DNA of 32,000 bases, from contig NC_001264.1 in the NCBI RefSeq assembly GCF_000008565.1, positions 247,418 through 279,417 of the forward strand. The letters are read 5' to 3'. Below the pieces are notes generated by a model that did not search any database, was not told the DNA's origin, and was given only the letters and a program-made list of their open reading frames with translations. Shown here one piece after another: positions 7,893-18,853 of this stretch; position 1 is the first letter of the stretch, and each line of letters opens with the position of its first letter. Source of the stretch: Deinococcus radiodurans R1 = ATCC 13939 = DSM 20539 (GTDB lineage Bacteria > Deinococcota > Deinococci > Deinococcales > Deinococcaceae). The position numbers were made by a program, and so were the translations under genes.

Positions 7893-7914
7893 TCCGGCAA
7901 TTCTGGGCTGATCC
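7875..7914. repeat. 19-bp tandem duplication spanning the hmp stop codon (ccggtgattctgggctgatcc / ccggcaattctgggctgatcc)
   Basis: Read directly: period 19, with attctgggctgatcc identical in both units (7881-7895 and 7900-7914). Confidence 0.85.
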
Positions 7915-7956
7915 CAACCCCGCAGGGGGGCCTGGGCAGAGGGGACCTGGGTAGAA

Positions 7957-7987
7957 GGGAAAGGCCGAACGGTTGGCCGCCTTTCCC
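7957..7987 (+). terminator. Hairpin downstream of hmp (gggaaaggc ... gcctttccc) with no clear U-tract
   Basis: 9-bp perfect arms and a 13-nt loop. Confidence 0.35.
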
Positions 7988-8010
7988 CTGCGCTACCCTC
8001 CCCTTCGCCC

Positions 8011-9162
8011 ATGCCGACGCCAACGCCCACCCCGACGCCCACCTGGACCCTGCACACCCGCCCCGACTCGTTCACGCTGAGTCGGGGCGGCGAAGTGCTG
8101 AGTTTCGACGCGGAGGGGCGCTGGCTGACCTGGTTCAACCCGGCCTTCGCGCCCGGCACGCTCTACAAACGGGCGCTCGACTCGCGGGTGCTGGGACGGC
8201 GGCAGGTGGGCGGAACGCGGCGGCGCTGGCCGACGGACGAGGCCGAGCAGTGGCAGGTCCTGACGGCCCTCTGGGACACGACAGCGGCGGCGCAGGCGGA
8301 ACTGGCTTCTCCCCTGCTGGGCCGCGCACTCGACTGGACCCCGGCGCGGCTACGGGCCGAGCGGGCGCGCTTCGCGGCGGCCTACGCGCCGGTCAGCATC
8401 CTGCCGCCGGACCAGTATTTCGCGGTGGTGGTGCAGGCGACGCGCGGCTGCTCGTGGAACCGCTGCACCTTCTGCACCTTTTACCGGGACCGACCTTTCA
8501 GCGTGCAGGCGCCGGACGCCTTCGCCGCGCACCTGCAAGCGGTGGCCGAACTGCTGGGCGAGGGCGCCCGGCTGCGGCGCTCCATTTTCCTCGCCGACGG
8601 CAACGCGCTGATGCTGTCCAATCGCAAACTGCTGCCGCTCATCGCGCAGGCCCGCGCCGCTTTTCCGGGACGCGAGGTCCACGGCTTTCTCGACGTGTTC
8701 ACCGGCAGCCGCAAAACGGTGGCCGACTGGCGCGAGCTGCGCGGAGCGGGCGTGCGGCGGGTGTACCTGGGCCTGGAAACCGGGCACGACCCCCTGCTCG
8801 CCTGGCTCGACAAACCCGGCAGCGCGGCGCAGGCCACCGAACTGATTCACGACCTGAAAGCGGCGGGGCTGAACGTCGCCCCCATCTTCATGACCGGGGT
8901 AGGCGGTCAGACCTACGCGGCGGCGCACCTCGCCGACACGCTGCGGCTGCTGGAGCGCTTACCGCTGAGCACGGGCGACCTCGTGTACCTGTCGCCCTTC
9001 GTCGAACACGGCGACTATGCGGCGCGGGCGCGAGAGCACGGGGTGCTGCCCCTCACCATCACCGAGCGCGAGGCCCAGGCGGCGGCCCTGCGCGAGTTCC
9101 TGAAAACGCACAAGCCAGGCGTACAAGTCGCACGTTACGACATCGAAGAATTTCTGTATTGA
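8011..9162 (+). CDS. Radical SAM domain protein with an N-terminal region of about 130 aa of unknown function
   Basis: Cys triad in ATRGCSWNRCTFCTFY (spacing CX4CX2C as read). Downstream FLADGNAL and YLGLETG are consistent with a radical SAM TIM-barrel core. The N-terminus starts with (PT)5. Confidence 0.75.
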   Translation: MPTPTPTPTPTWTLHTRPDSFTLSRGGEVLSFDAEGRWLTWFNPAFAPGTLYKRALDSRVLGRRQVGGTRRRWPTDEAEQWQVLTALWDTTAAAQAELASPLLGRALDWTPARLRAERARFAAAYAPVSILPPDQYFAVVVQATRGCSWNRCTFCTFYRDRPFSVQAPDAFAAHLQAVAELLGEGARLRRSIFLADGNALMLSNRKLLPLIAQARAAFPGREVHGFLDVFTGSRKTVADWRELRGAGVRRVYLGLETGHDPLLAWLDKPGSAAQATELIHDLKAAGLNVAPIFMTGVGGQTYAAAHLADTLRLLERLPLSTGDLVYLSPFVEHGDYAARAREHGVLPLTITEREAQAAALREFLKTHKPGVQVARYDIEEFLY

Positions 9163-9165
9163 AGA

Positions 9166-9197
9166 GGGGCGGCCTCCCCTTTGGAGTCAGCCGCCCC
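9166..9197. terminator. Hairpin between convergent genes (ggggcggc ... gccgcccc), possible bidirectional terminator
   Basis: 8-bp GC arms with an inner ctcc/ggag extension. Lies between the radical SAM stop (9162) and the binding-protein stop (9217). Confidence 0.5.
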
Positions 9198-9216
9198 CAT
9201 TACTGCATTGTTCTTT

Positions 9217-10806
9217 TTACTTCTTCTTCCAGCTCTTGCCGACGAGCGACACCGTGTTGTACGGCTCGCTGCTGAAGGGGCTCAGTACCCAGCCCTTCAC
9301 GTAGCTGCGGGCAGCGGCGACTGACTGGCTGTGGACGAGCGGAATACGGTAGCCCGCGTTGTAGGTCAACTCGTGGATGCGGGCATACGCCTGCGCCCGT
9401 GCCTGCCGGGTCAGGCCACTGCGGGCCTGCTGAAGCAGGGTGTCGAGCTCGGCGGGCGCGTTCCAGCCGATGTCGTTGGTGGAGGTGGGATTGTACAGCG
9501 CCCCGTAGAAGTAGTCGGGGTCGCCGTAGTCACCGATGAGGCCAATCTGGAACATGCTCAGGCGGCCCGCAAAGAGGTCGTCGAGATATTTGGCCCAGTC
9601 CTCGGTCTTGAGGTTGACCTTGATTCCGACGTCGGCGAGGTCGGCGGCCATCGCCTCGGCGGACGCCTTGGGTTGCGGGAAATAGCTGCGGGTGATCGGC
9701 ATGTACCAGAAGTCGAGCGTGAAGCCGTTGGGGTAGCCCGCCTCGGCGAGCAGTTTTTTCGCGGCGGCGGGGTCGAACTTGTAGTCGGCGGGCACTTTGG
9801 AACTGGTCGCCCAGCCGAGCGCGGGCGGCACGATGCTGGTGTCGGTGCGGCCCAGGCCCGACCAGAAGGCGTCCACGACGGCGCGGCGGTTGATCGCCAT
9901 GCTGATCGCCTGCCGGACCTTGGGGTTTTTCAGGTACTCGTTGCGGTTGTTGAGCCCGATGTAGCCGAGGTTGAAGCTGGGCCGCTTGTAGAGCACCAGA
10001 TTTTTATCGGCCTGAATGGCCTTCATGTCGTCGGGTTGCAGGTCGCCCACGAGGTCCACCGTGCCGGCGCGCAGTTCGTTGAGGCGCTGGTTGGGGTCCT
10101 TGATGCTGCGAATGATGAGGGTGTCCACTTTCGGCTTGCTGCCCCAGTAGGCCGTATTCGCCCGCAGCGTCACGCGGTCGCCGCTGCGCCAGCTCCCAAA
10201 GACGAAGGGGCCGGTGCCCACCGCCGTGCCCTGCGGCGTGCCGTACTTCGCGCCCTGGGCTTTGATGGCCGCCGGGCTGGCAATGCCCCAGTACGACGCG
10301 CTCATCTGCACCGGAAACACCGTGTTCGGGCGGGTCAGGTCCACCCGCACCACGGAATCGTTCACTTTGACGATGTTCTTGATGATGGCGTTTTTCTCGC
10401 CCTTGTAGCCGCCGAGCAGGTCAGCCACGATGGAAAAGGTCCGGCCCTGGTCGCGCAGGCCGTTGGGGTCGCTCTTGTCCCACCAGCGGCGCAGGTTGAA
10501 GACCACGGCGTCGGCATTAAACGGCGTGCCGTCGTGAAACTTGACGCCCCGGCGCAGGGTGAAGGTCCAGCTCGTCGCGTCCTTGTTGGGGGCCCAGCTC
10601 GTCGCCAGCCCCGGCGCGAGGTCGGTGCTGCCGGGCTTGACGTTGATCAGGCGGTCATAAATCTGCCGCTGCACGTGCATGGTCACCGAGTCGTGGGCGT
10701 TGGCCGATTCCAGCGTGGCGGGTTCGCCGCTGCCGGCGACGACCAGGGTGCCGCTCGCGGCGGCGGAACTGCACAGCAGGGCGGCGAAAAGAGCGCGTTT
10801 TTTCAT
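9217..10806 (-). CDS. ABC transporter substrate-binding protein, family 5 (peptide/nickel, DppA/OppA-like)
   Basis: Signal peptide MKKRALFAALLCSSAAASG. Full-length similarity pattern to family-5 binding proteins (TSWTFTLRRGVKFHDGTPFNADAV...). Confidence 0.9.
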   Translation of the reverse strand: MKKRALFAALLCSSAAASGTLVVAGSGEPATLESANAHDSVTMHVQRQIYDRLINVKPGSTDLAPGLATSWAPNKDATSWTFTLRRGVKFHDGTPFNADAVVFNLRRWWDKSDPNGLRDQGRTFSIVADLLGGYKGEKNAIIKNIVKVNDSVVRVDLTRPNTVFPVQMSASYWGIASPAAIKAQGAKYGTPQGTAVGTGPFVFGSWRSGDRVTLRANTAYWGSKPKVDTLIIRSIKDPNQRLNELRAGTVDLVGDLQPDDMKAIQADKNLVLYKRPSFNLGYIGLNNRNEYLKNPKVRQAISMAINRRAVVDAFWSGLGRTDTSIVPPALGWATSSKVPADYKFDPAAAKKLLAEAGYPNGFTLDFWYMPITRSYFPQPKASAEAMAADLADVGIKVNLKTEDWAKYLDDLFAGRLSMFQIGLIGDYGDPDYFYGALYNPTSTNDIGWNAPAELDTLLQQARSGLTRQARAQAYARIHELTYNAGYRIPLVHSQSVAAARSYVKGWVLSPFSSEPYNTVSLVGKSWKKK

Positions 10807-10883
10807 CGGCCTAGAGGGTAGACCATCGCGGGGCGCAGAGGGCGAGGCGGGCTACGTTTGCCGGCTCTCCTGCCCCGTGAGAC

Positions 10884-10919
10884 AAAAAAACCGGAGGTCC
10901 CTCACGGAAACCCCCGGTT
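10884..10919 (-). terminator. Rho-independent terminator after the MFS gene
   Basis: Minus strand reads aaccgggggt-N11-acctccggtt followed by TTTTTTT. 10-bp stem with one G-U pair. Confidence 0.7.
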
Positions 10920-10934
10920 CTTGGTGTGCGTGGC

Positions 10935-13027
<2,093 letters not shown>

Positions 13028-13031
<4 letters not shown>

Positions 13032-13564
13032 GCAGGCTCCTGGGTGGGGGTGGGGTCGGAAACGCACAGGGGGTCGGTGGCAGAAGCGGGCAGGCCGATG
13101 TCGGCCAGAGCCTCGATGGTGTCGAGCAGCATCAGCAGTCGCTCGAATTCGAGGTGCCCGAGGCGCTGACCCGTACTGTCCTTGATGGCCCGGCTGATGT
13201 TGTCGAGCATCGCCTGTCCGGCGTCCGTCAGGGTGAGGTGAATGCGGCGCGAGTCCTCACGGTCGATCTGGCGTTCGAGCAGCCCGGCCTTGACCAGTTG
13301 TTCGAGATACCGGCTGAGCAGGCTGGGCGGCATGTCGAGCGCTTCGGCGAGCTGTTTGGGATACGCGTGACCGTGGTGAATCGCCTGCAACACAAAGTAG
13401 CGGCGGAGGTCGATGCCGTGCCGCTCGGCGAGCAGCGGGCCCACGTCCTGCTTCATGCGGCGGTTGAGGCGCCAGATGCCGCCCAGAAACCGCAGGATGA
13501 GTTCGTCGGTCAGTTGCTCCGGCAGCAGCGGCGTGGAAAGCGCACCCGGCTCGGACGGCTTCAC
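13028..13564 (-). CDS. MarR-family transcriptional regulator
   Basis: Winged helix-turn-helix region [64 protein letters not shown] start at 13564. Immediately upstream of the efflux gene. Confidence 0.85.
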
Positions 13565-13647
13565 CGGACCCCCGGCGGAGGTTGGCTGCCCATCAGGCCC
13601 GTTGCGGCGCCCCGTGGGGAAGCAAAGGAAAGGTCAACCATGACCCC

Positions 13648-13677
13648 AGTTTAGAGCCGTTAGTTCACTTAAGTCAA
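13648..13677 (-). promoter_or_regulatory. Putative marR promoter (-35 TTGACT = 13677-13672, 18-nt spacer, -10 TAAACT = 13653-13648)
   Basis: Hexamers read on the minus strand. An ATG (13641-13639) begins 7 nt after the -10, which is leaderless geometry. Confidence 0.4.
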
Positions 13678-13681
13678 CTAA
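13660..13681. promoter_or_regulatory. 22-bp near-perfect palindrome TTAGTTcACTTAAGTcAACTAA, candidate MarR operator
   Basis: 20 of 22 positions are self-complementary. It overlaps the putative -35 and spacer. An extra half-site, aagtgaac, lies at 13689-13696. Confidence 0.5.
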
Positions 13682-14053
13682 TTTGGGAAGTGAACATCTG
13701 CCGATATGGAACTATTGACACACCATGAGATGAGGCGGGGGCAGGATAGACAACGCACCTGCGGGGATTTCCGCGCTGAGGCTGACAAAACACTCGTCGG
13801 CGGGTGATTGACGCACTGTCTTGATGAGGGCTTGAGCGGACGCACACATAAATCACACAAACCGCCGTGTAGTTTTCTCCTCAGCTTCAAAGGAAGGCAG
13901 CACAGTTTCTAGGGTCGGTGGCAGCTCGCCGCCTACACCTGGGACGCCTTGCCCGACTTCCATCAAGCTACTTCTGTGGCCGCGCCCCTGAGTTTTGAGG
14001 CCTGTTCGTTGCCCGGCTTTCCTCACCCTGGCCTTTGTTGCAAGGAGCCCCAC

Positions 14054-15022
14054 ATGACCCGACTGACCACCCCTGCCCATCTCACCGCCGCTGCCCTGGG
14101 CCTGAGCCTGCTGCTCGCCTCGTGCGGCGCCGGCAGCAACCAGACCGCCGTGACGGACGCCGCCGCCAATGCCCGCCCCGAACAAGCCGGCACCGTGAAC
14201 GTGACCGACCTGCCGGTAGACCCCTACGTGAAGACGGCGCCTGTGCAATCGCAGGCCACCGAGCCCTACAACATCACCCTGAAGTTTGCCCCCGGCAGCG
14301 ACCCCAGCGTGGTGAGCGCCATGCAGGCCGCCGCGAACCGCTGGCAGAGCGTGATTACCCAGGGCCAGCCCGACGCCACCGCCAGCATCCCCGCCGGGGC
14401 GTGCGGCAGCAACGCGGCGTTCAGCGGCACCATCGACGACATTCTTGTCTTTACCGGCAACACCAGCATTGACGGCCCTGGCGGCGTGCTCGCCCAGAGC
14501 GGCCCGTGCAGCGTGCGGACCAGCACCGGCCTGACCACCTACTCCACCCTGGTCTTCGACACCGCCGACCTCGGGCAGTTCAGCGGGCAACTCGCCGACA
14601 TCGCCGTACACGAGCTGGGGCACTCGCTGGGCATCGGGTCGCTGTGGTCGCGCTTCCGGATCGTCAGCGGCACCGGCACCAGCAACCCCGTCTACACCGG
14701 CACCAACGGCGTGCGCGAGTACCGCGCGGCGGGCGGCACCCTCAGCAGCGTGCCCGTCGAGAACCAGGGCGGCCAGGGCACGGCGGGCTCGCACTGGCGC
14801 GAAACCACTTTCAAGACCGAGCTGATGACCGGCTACCTCAACAGCGGCGTGGTCAACCCCCTCTCGCGCATGAGCGTGGGCAGCTTGCAGGATATGGGCT
14901 ACGCGGTCAACTACGCCGCCGCCGACGCCTACCGCGTGCCCAGCGCCGCTGCGTTGAGCGCGGAGAAACTCGAACTCGGCGGGCACGAGCAGATCATCGA
15001 GCCGAAGTACCGCAGCGAGTAA
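14054..15022 (+). CDS. Zinc metalloprotease lipoprotein, leishmanolysin-like (peptidase M8-like)
   Basis: Start at the ATG at 14054 after AAGGAG. Lipobox LLLASC. HELGH zinc motif, a third His 57 residues later in AGSHWRE, and ELMTG (Met-turn context). Confidence 0.75.
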   Translation: MTRLTTPAHLTAAALGLSLLLASCGAGSNQTAVTDAAANARPEQAGTVNVTDLPVDPYVKTAPVQSQATEPYNITLKFAPGSDPSVVSAMQAAANRWQSVITQGQPDATASIPAGACGSNAAFSGTIDDILVFTGNTSIDGPGGVLAQSGPCSVRTSTGLTTYSTLVFDTADLGQFSGQLADIAVHELGHSLGIGSLWSRFRIVSGTGTSNPVYTGTNGVREYRAAGGTLSSVPVENQGGQGTAGSHWRETTFKTELMTGYLNSGVVNPLSRMSVGSLQDMGYAVNYAAADAYRVPSAAALSAEKLELGGHEQIIEPKYRSE

Positions 15023-15050
15023 GGTTTTTTCGCAGGACATTCACAACAGC

Positions 15051-15087
15051 AGCGCACCTCGGCCTTGTCGCCTGGGTGCGCTTTTTT
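15051..15087 (+). terminator. Rho-independent terminator after the metalloprotease gene
   Basis: agcgcacc-N16-ggtgcgct followed by TTTTT. Confidence 0.75.
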
Positions 15088-15101
15088 GTGGTTGAGGGGG
15101 C

Positions 15102-15232
15102 TGAGCGCATTTGACGGAGAGATTGTGTGCTGTTGACCCTCTACCAAGGGGAGACTTGTAAAGCTGCGAAGCAGAGGGCCTTGCAAAGCAAGGGGTGAGG
15201 GTGTCTTTTTTCTGTTTTCTGTCGAAAACTCC
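15102..15232 (+). repeat. Small noncoding repeat, copy B (boundaries approximate)
   Basis: gagcgcatttgacgga...tgaccctctacc...agagggccttgcaaagcaaggggtgagggtgtctttttt...ttctgtcgaaaa is collinear with copy C. Confidence 0.65.
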
Positions 15233-15334
15233 AGTGACTGACCGATTGCCGCAGCACATACAGGGCGTCAGTCACGCCAAACAAATGAAAGAGGGAACCG
15301 TCCCCGATTCCCCCTCCCCTCCGTTTCTCCTGCC

Positions 15335-17131
<1,797 letters not shown>

Positions 17132-17322
17132 CAGGACCAACCTCCGGAGGAAAAAGGGGCGCAGGGACGGGAAGCAGCGGCAAACGCAGCAGGCAGAAAA
17201 ATGTCCGTCAACGTTTACTTTGTACGTTGGCGTTACTATAGGGCACACCCGCCTGACCGTCTCTCTCTTTTCTTCCTCTTCGCCCCTTGCTCCTCGTCCC
17301 AGCTTTTTCCGGAGGTTTTGCC

Positions 17323-18297
17323 ATGCGTGCCCTCGTTTGCCAGCAGTTCGACCAGCCCGAAACCCTGACCGTTCTTGAGAGCCCCGACCCCACGCCCGGC
17401 GCCGGCGAGGTCGTGATTGCCGTGGAAGCCGCCGGCGTCAACTTCCCCGACGCCCTGATGGTGATGGGCCAGTACCAGGTTCGCCCGCCGCTGCCCTTCG
17501 TGGCGGGGGCCGAGGCCGCCGGAACCGTCGCCGCCATGGGCGAGGGCGTGCGGCACCTCAAGCCCGGTCAGAACGTGGTGGCCTTTACCGGCACCGGGGC
17601 TTTCGCGTCGCATCTGGTGGCGCCTGCCTCCAATGTGATTCCGCTGCCGCCCGGCTTTCCGGCGGACGTGGCGGCGACGCTGCCGCTCGCTTACGGCACC
17701 ACCCTGCACGCCCTGATTCAGCGCGGGCAACTGAAAGAAGGCGAAACGCTGCTGGTCCTCGGCGCGGCGGGCGGTGTGGGGCTGGCCGCCGTGATGATCG
17801 GCAAGGCGCTCGGCGCACGGGTCATCGCGGCAGCGTCCACGCCGGAAAAATGCGCGGTGGCGAGTGAGCACGGCGCCGACGAAGTCATCAACTACACGGA
17901 CGAGGACCTGCGCGAGCGGCTCAAGGCGCTGACCGGCAAAAAGGGCCTGGACGTGGTGTTCGACCCGGTGGGCGACCGCTACGCCGAACCCGCTTTCCGC
18001 TCGCTCGGCTGGAACGGGCGCTACCTCGTCATCGGCTTCGCGGGCGGCGAGATTCCCAAGCTGCCGCTCAACCTGCCGCTGCTCAAGGGCTCCAGCCTCG
18101 TCGGCGTGTTCTGGGGCGAATTCGCGCAGCGCGAGCCGAAGGCCAATGCCGAGAACATGGCGCGGCTCATCGGCTGGATTGCCGAGGGCAAAGTACGCCC
18201 CCTCGTCAGTGAGCGCTACCCGCTGGAGCGCGGCTCCGAGGCGCTGCGGGCGCTGCTGGGGCGACAGGTGACGGGGAAGGTGGTCATTACACCTTGA
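17323..18297 (+). CDS. NADPH:quinone oxidoreductase / zeta-crystallin-like medium-chain dehydrogenase
   Basis: MRALVCQQF... with GAGEVVIAVEAAGVNFPD and the NAD(P) fold VLGAAGGVGLAAV. GGAGG lies 7 nt upstream of the ATG at 17323. Confidence 0.85.
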   Translation: MRALVCQQFDQPETLTVLESPDPTPGAGEVVIAVEAAGVNFPDALMVMGQYQVRPPLPFVAGAEAAGTVAAMGEGVRHLKPGQNVVAFTGTGAFASHLVAPASNVIPLPPGFPADVAATLPLAYGTTLHALIQRGQLKEGETLLVLGAAGGVGLAAVMIGKALGARVIAAASTPEKCAVASEHGADEVINYTDEDLRERLKALTGKKGLDVVFDPVGDRYAEPAFRSLGWNGRYLVIGFAGGEIPKLPLNLPLLKGSSLVGVFWGEFAQREPKANAENMARLIGWIAEGKVRPLVSERYPLERGSEALRALLGRQVTGKVVITP

Positions 18298-18758
18298 CGA
18301 CCCCTTCCAAATCGACGGCGCCCACTGACGAGGCCGGCAGCGACCTCACCTTCTACACCACCGCCGAACTCGCCCGCGAGGCGGGGGTCACCCGGCGCAC
18401 GGTGATGCACTACGCCGAAATCGGCCTGCTGCCGCCCGACCAAGTGACGGCCTCGGGCCGGGTGCTGTACGCGCCTTACTCACTGCGGCTGCTGCGCGAC
18501 CTGATTGACCTGCGGGCCCTGGGAATGACGCTGGAAGAATCGCGCGACATGGTGACCCTGCGCCGCGCCACCCACGCCCCCGACGGCACCTACCGCCGCG
18601 ACTGGGTGCGCGAGGACGTGCCGCTGAGCGACGAGCAGCTTCAGCGCCTTCAGACCCGGCTGCATGTCCTGAACAGCGCCTACGAGCGGCAAAAGGACAA
18701 CCTCGCCCGCTTTGACCGCTGGCTGACGAAGCGGTTCGTGGCGACGCGCGACAGTTAA
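18294..18758 (+). CDS. MerR-family transcriptional regulator
   Basis: Helix-turn-helix YTTAELAREAGVTRRTVMHYAEIGLLPPD. The TTG start overlaps the upstream TGA (TTGA). Confidence 0.8.
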   Translation: MTTPSKSTAPTDEAGSDLTFYTTAELAREAGVTRRTVMHYAEIGLLPPDQVTASGRVLYAPYSLRLLRDLIDLRALGMTLEESRDMVTLRRATHAPDGTYRRDWVREDVPLSDEQLQRLQTRLHVLNSAYERQKDNLARFDRWLTKRFVATRDS

Positions 18759-18785
18759 GACGCCGCTCGATAGCAGCAAGAGAAA

Positions 18786-18820
18786 AGAGCGCAGGCCATC
18801 GCATCGGCCTGCGCTCTTTT
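18786..18820 (+). terminator. Rho-independent terminator after merR
   Basis: Perfect 12-bp stem agagcgcaggcc / ggcctgcgctct, 8-nt loop, then TTTT. Confidence 0.8.
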
Positions 18821-18825
18821 GGGTG

Positions 18826-18853
18826 GAGGCATAAATTTGGCGCTGGTCTGAAC
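18826..18853 (-). repeat. Small noncoding repeat copy D, left part, split by the IS (left boundary approximate)
   Basis: aaatttggcgctggtctgaac continues into gccccctcacccc at 20182 once the IS and one CTGAAC are removed. This matches copy A (ttggtctggattccccctcacccc). Confidence 0.6.

Noticed and set aside
6543-7914. Short tandem repeats near hmp considered as a CRISPR array or minisatellite.
   Set aside because: Only two units occur at each site, there are no spacers, and the two sites have unrelated sequences. They are simple tandem duplications.
8011-8046. (PT)5 / (VG)n codon repeat considered as a phase-variable microsatellite.
   Set aside because: The repeat is imperfect at the nucleotide level (ccgacg cca acg ccc acc ccg acg ccc acc). 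It is therefore unlikely to slip, and is more likely a low-complexity linker or simply upstream of the real start.
13674-13890. Two small overlapping minus-strand ORFs (60 and 70 aa) in the AT-rich region between marR and the protease gene.
   Set aside because: No ribosome-binding site, no recognisable motif, and mutually overlapping frames. They run away from any promoter-like sequence I could find and are probably chance ORFs in a low-GC stretch.
17209-17229. Possible Deinococcus radiation/desiccation response motif (RDRM) in the acd/qor intergenic region.
   Set aside because: As I recall it, the RDRM is a 17-bp palindrome with about 6-bp arms of TTATGT/ACGTAA type separated by about 5 nt. 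This repeat is CAACGT-N9-ACGTTG, so both the spacing and the outer bases disagree. It is kept only as a generic operator candidate.
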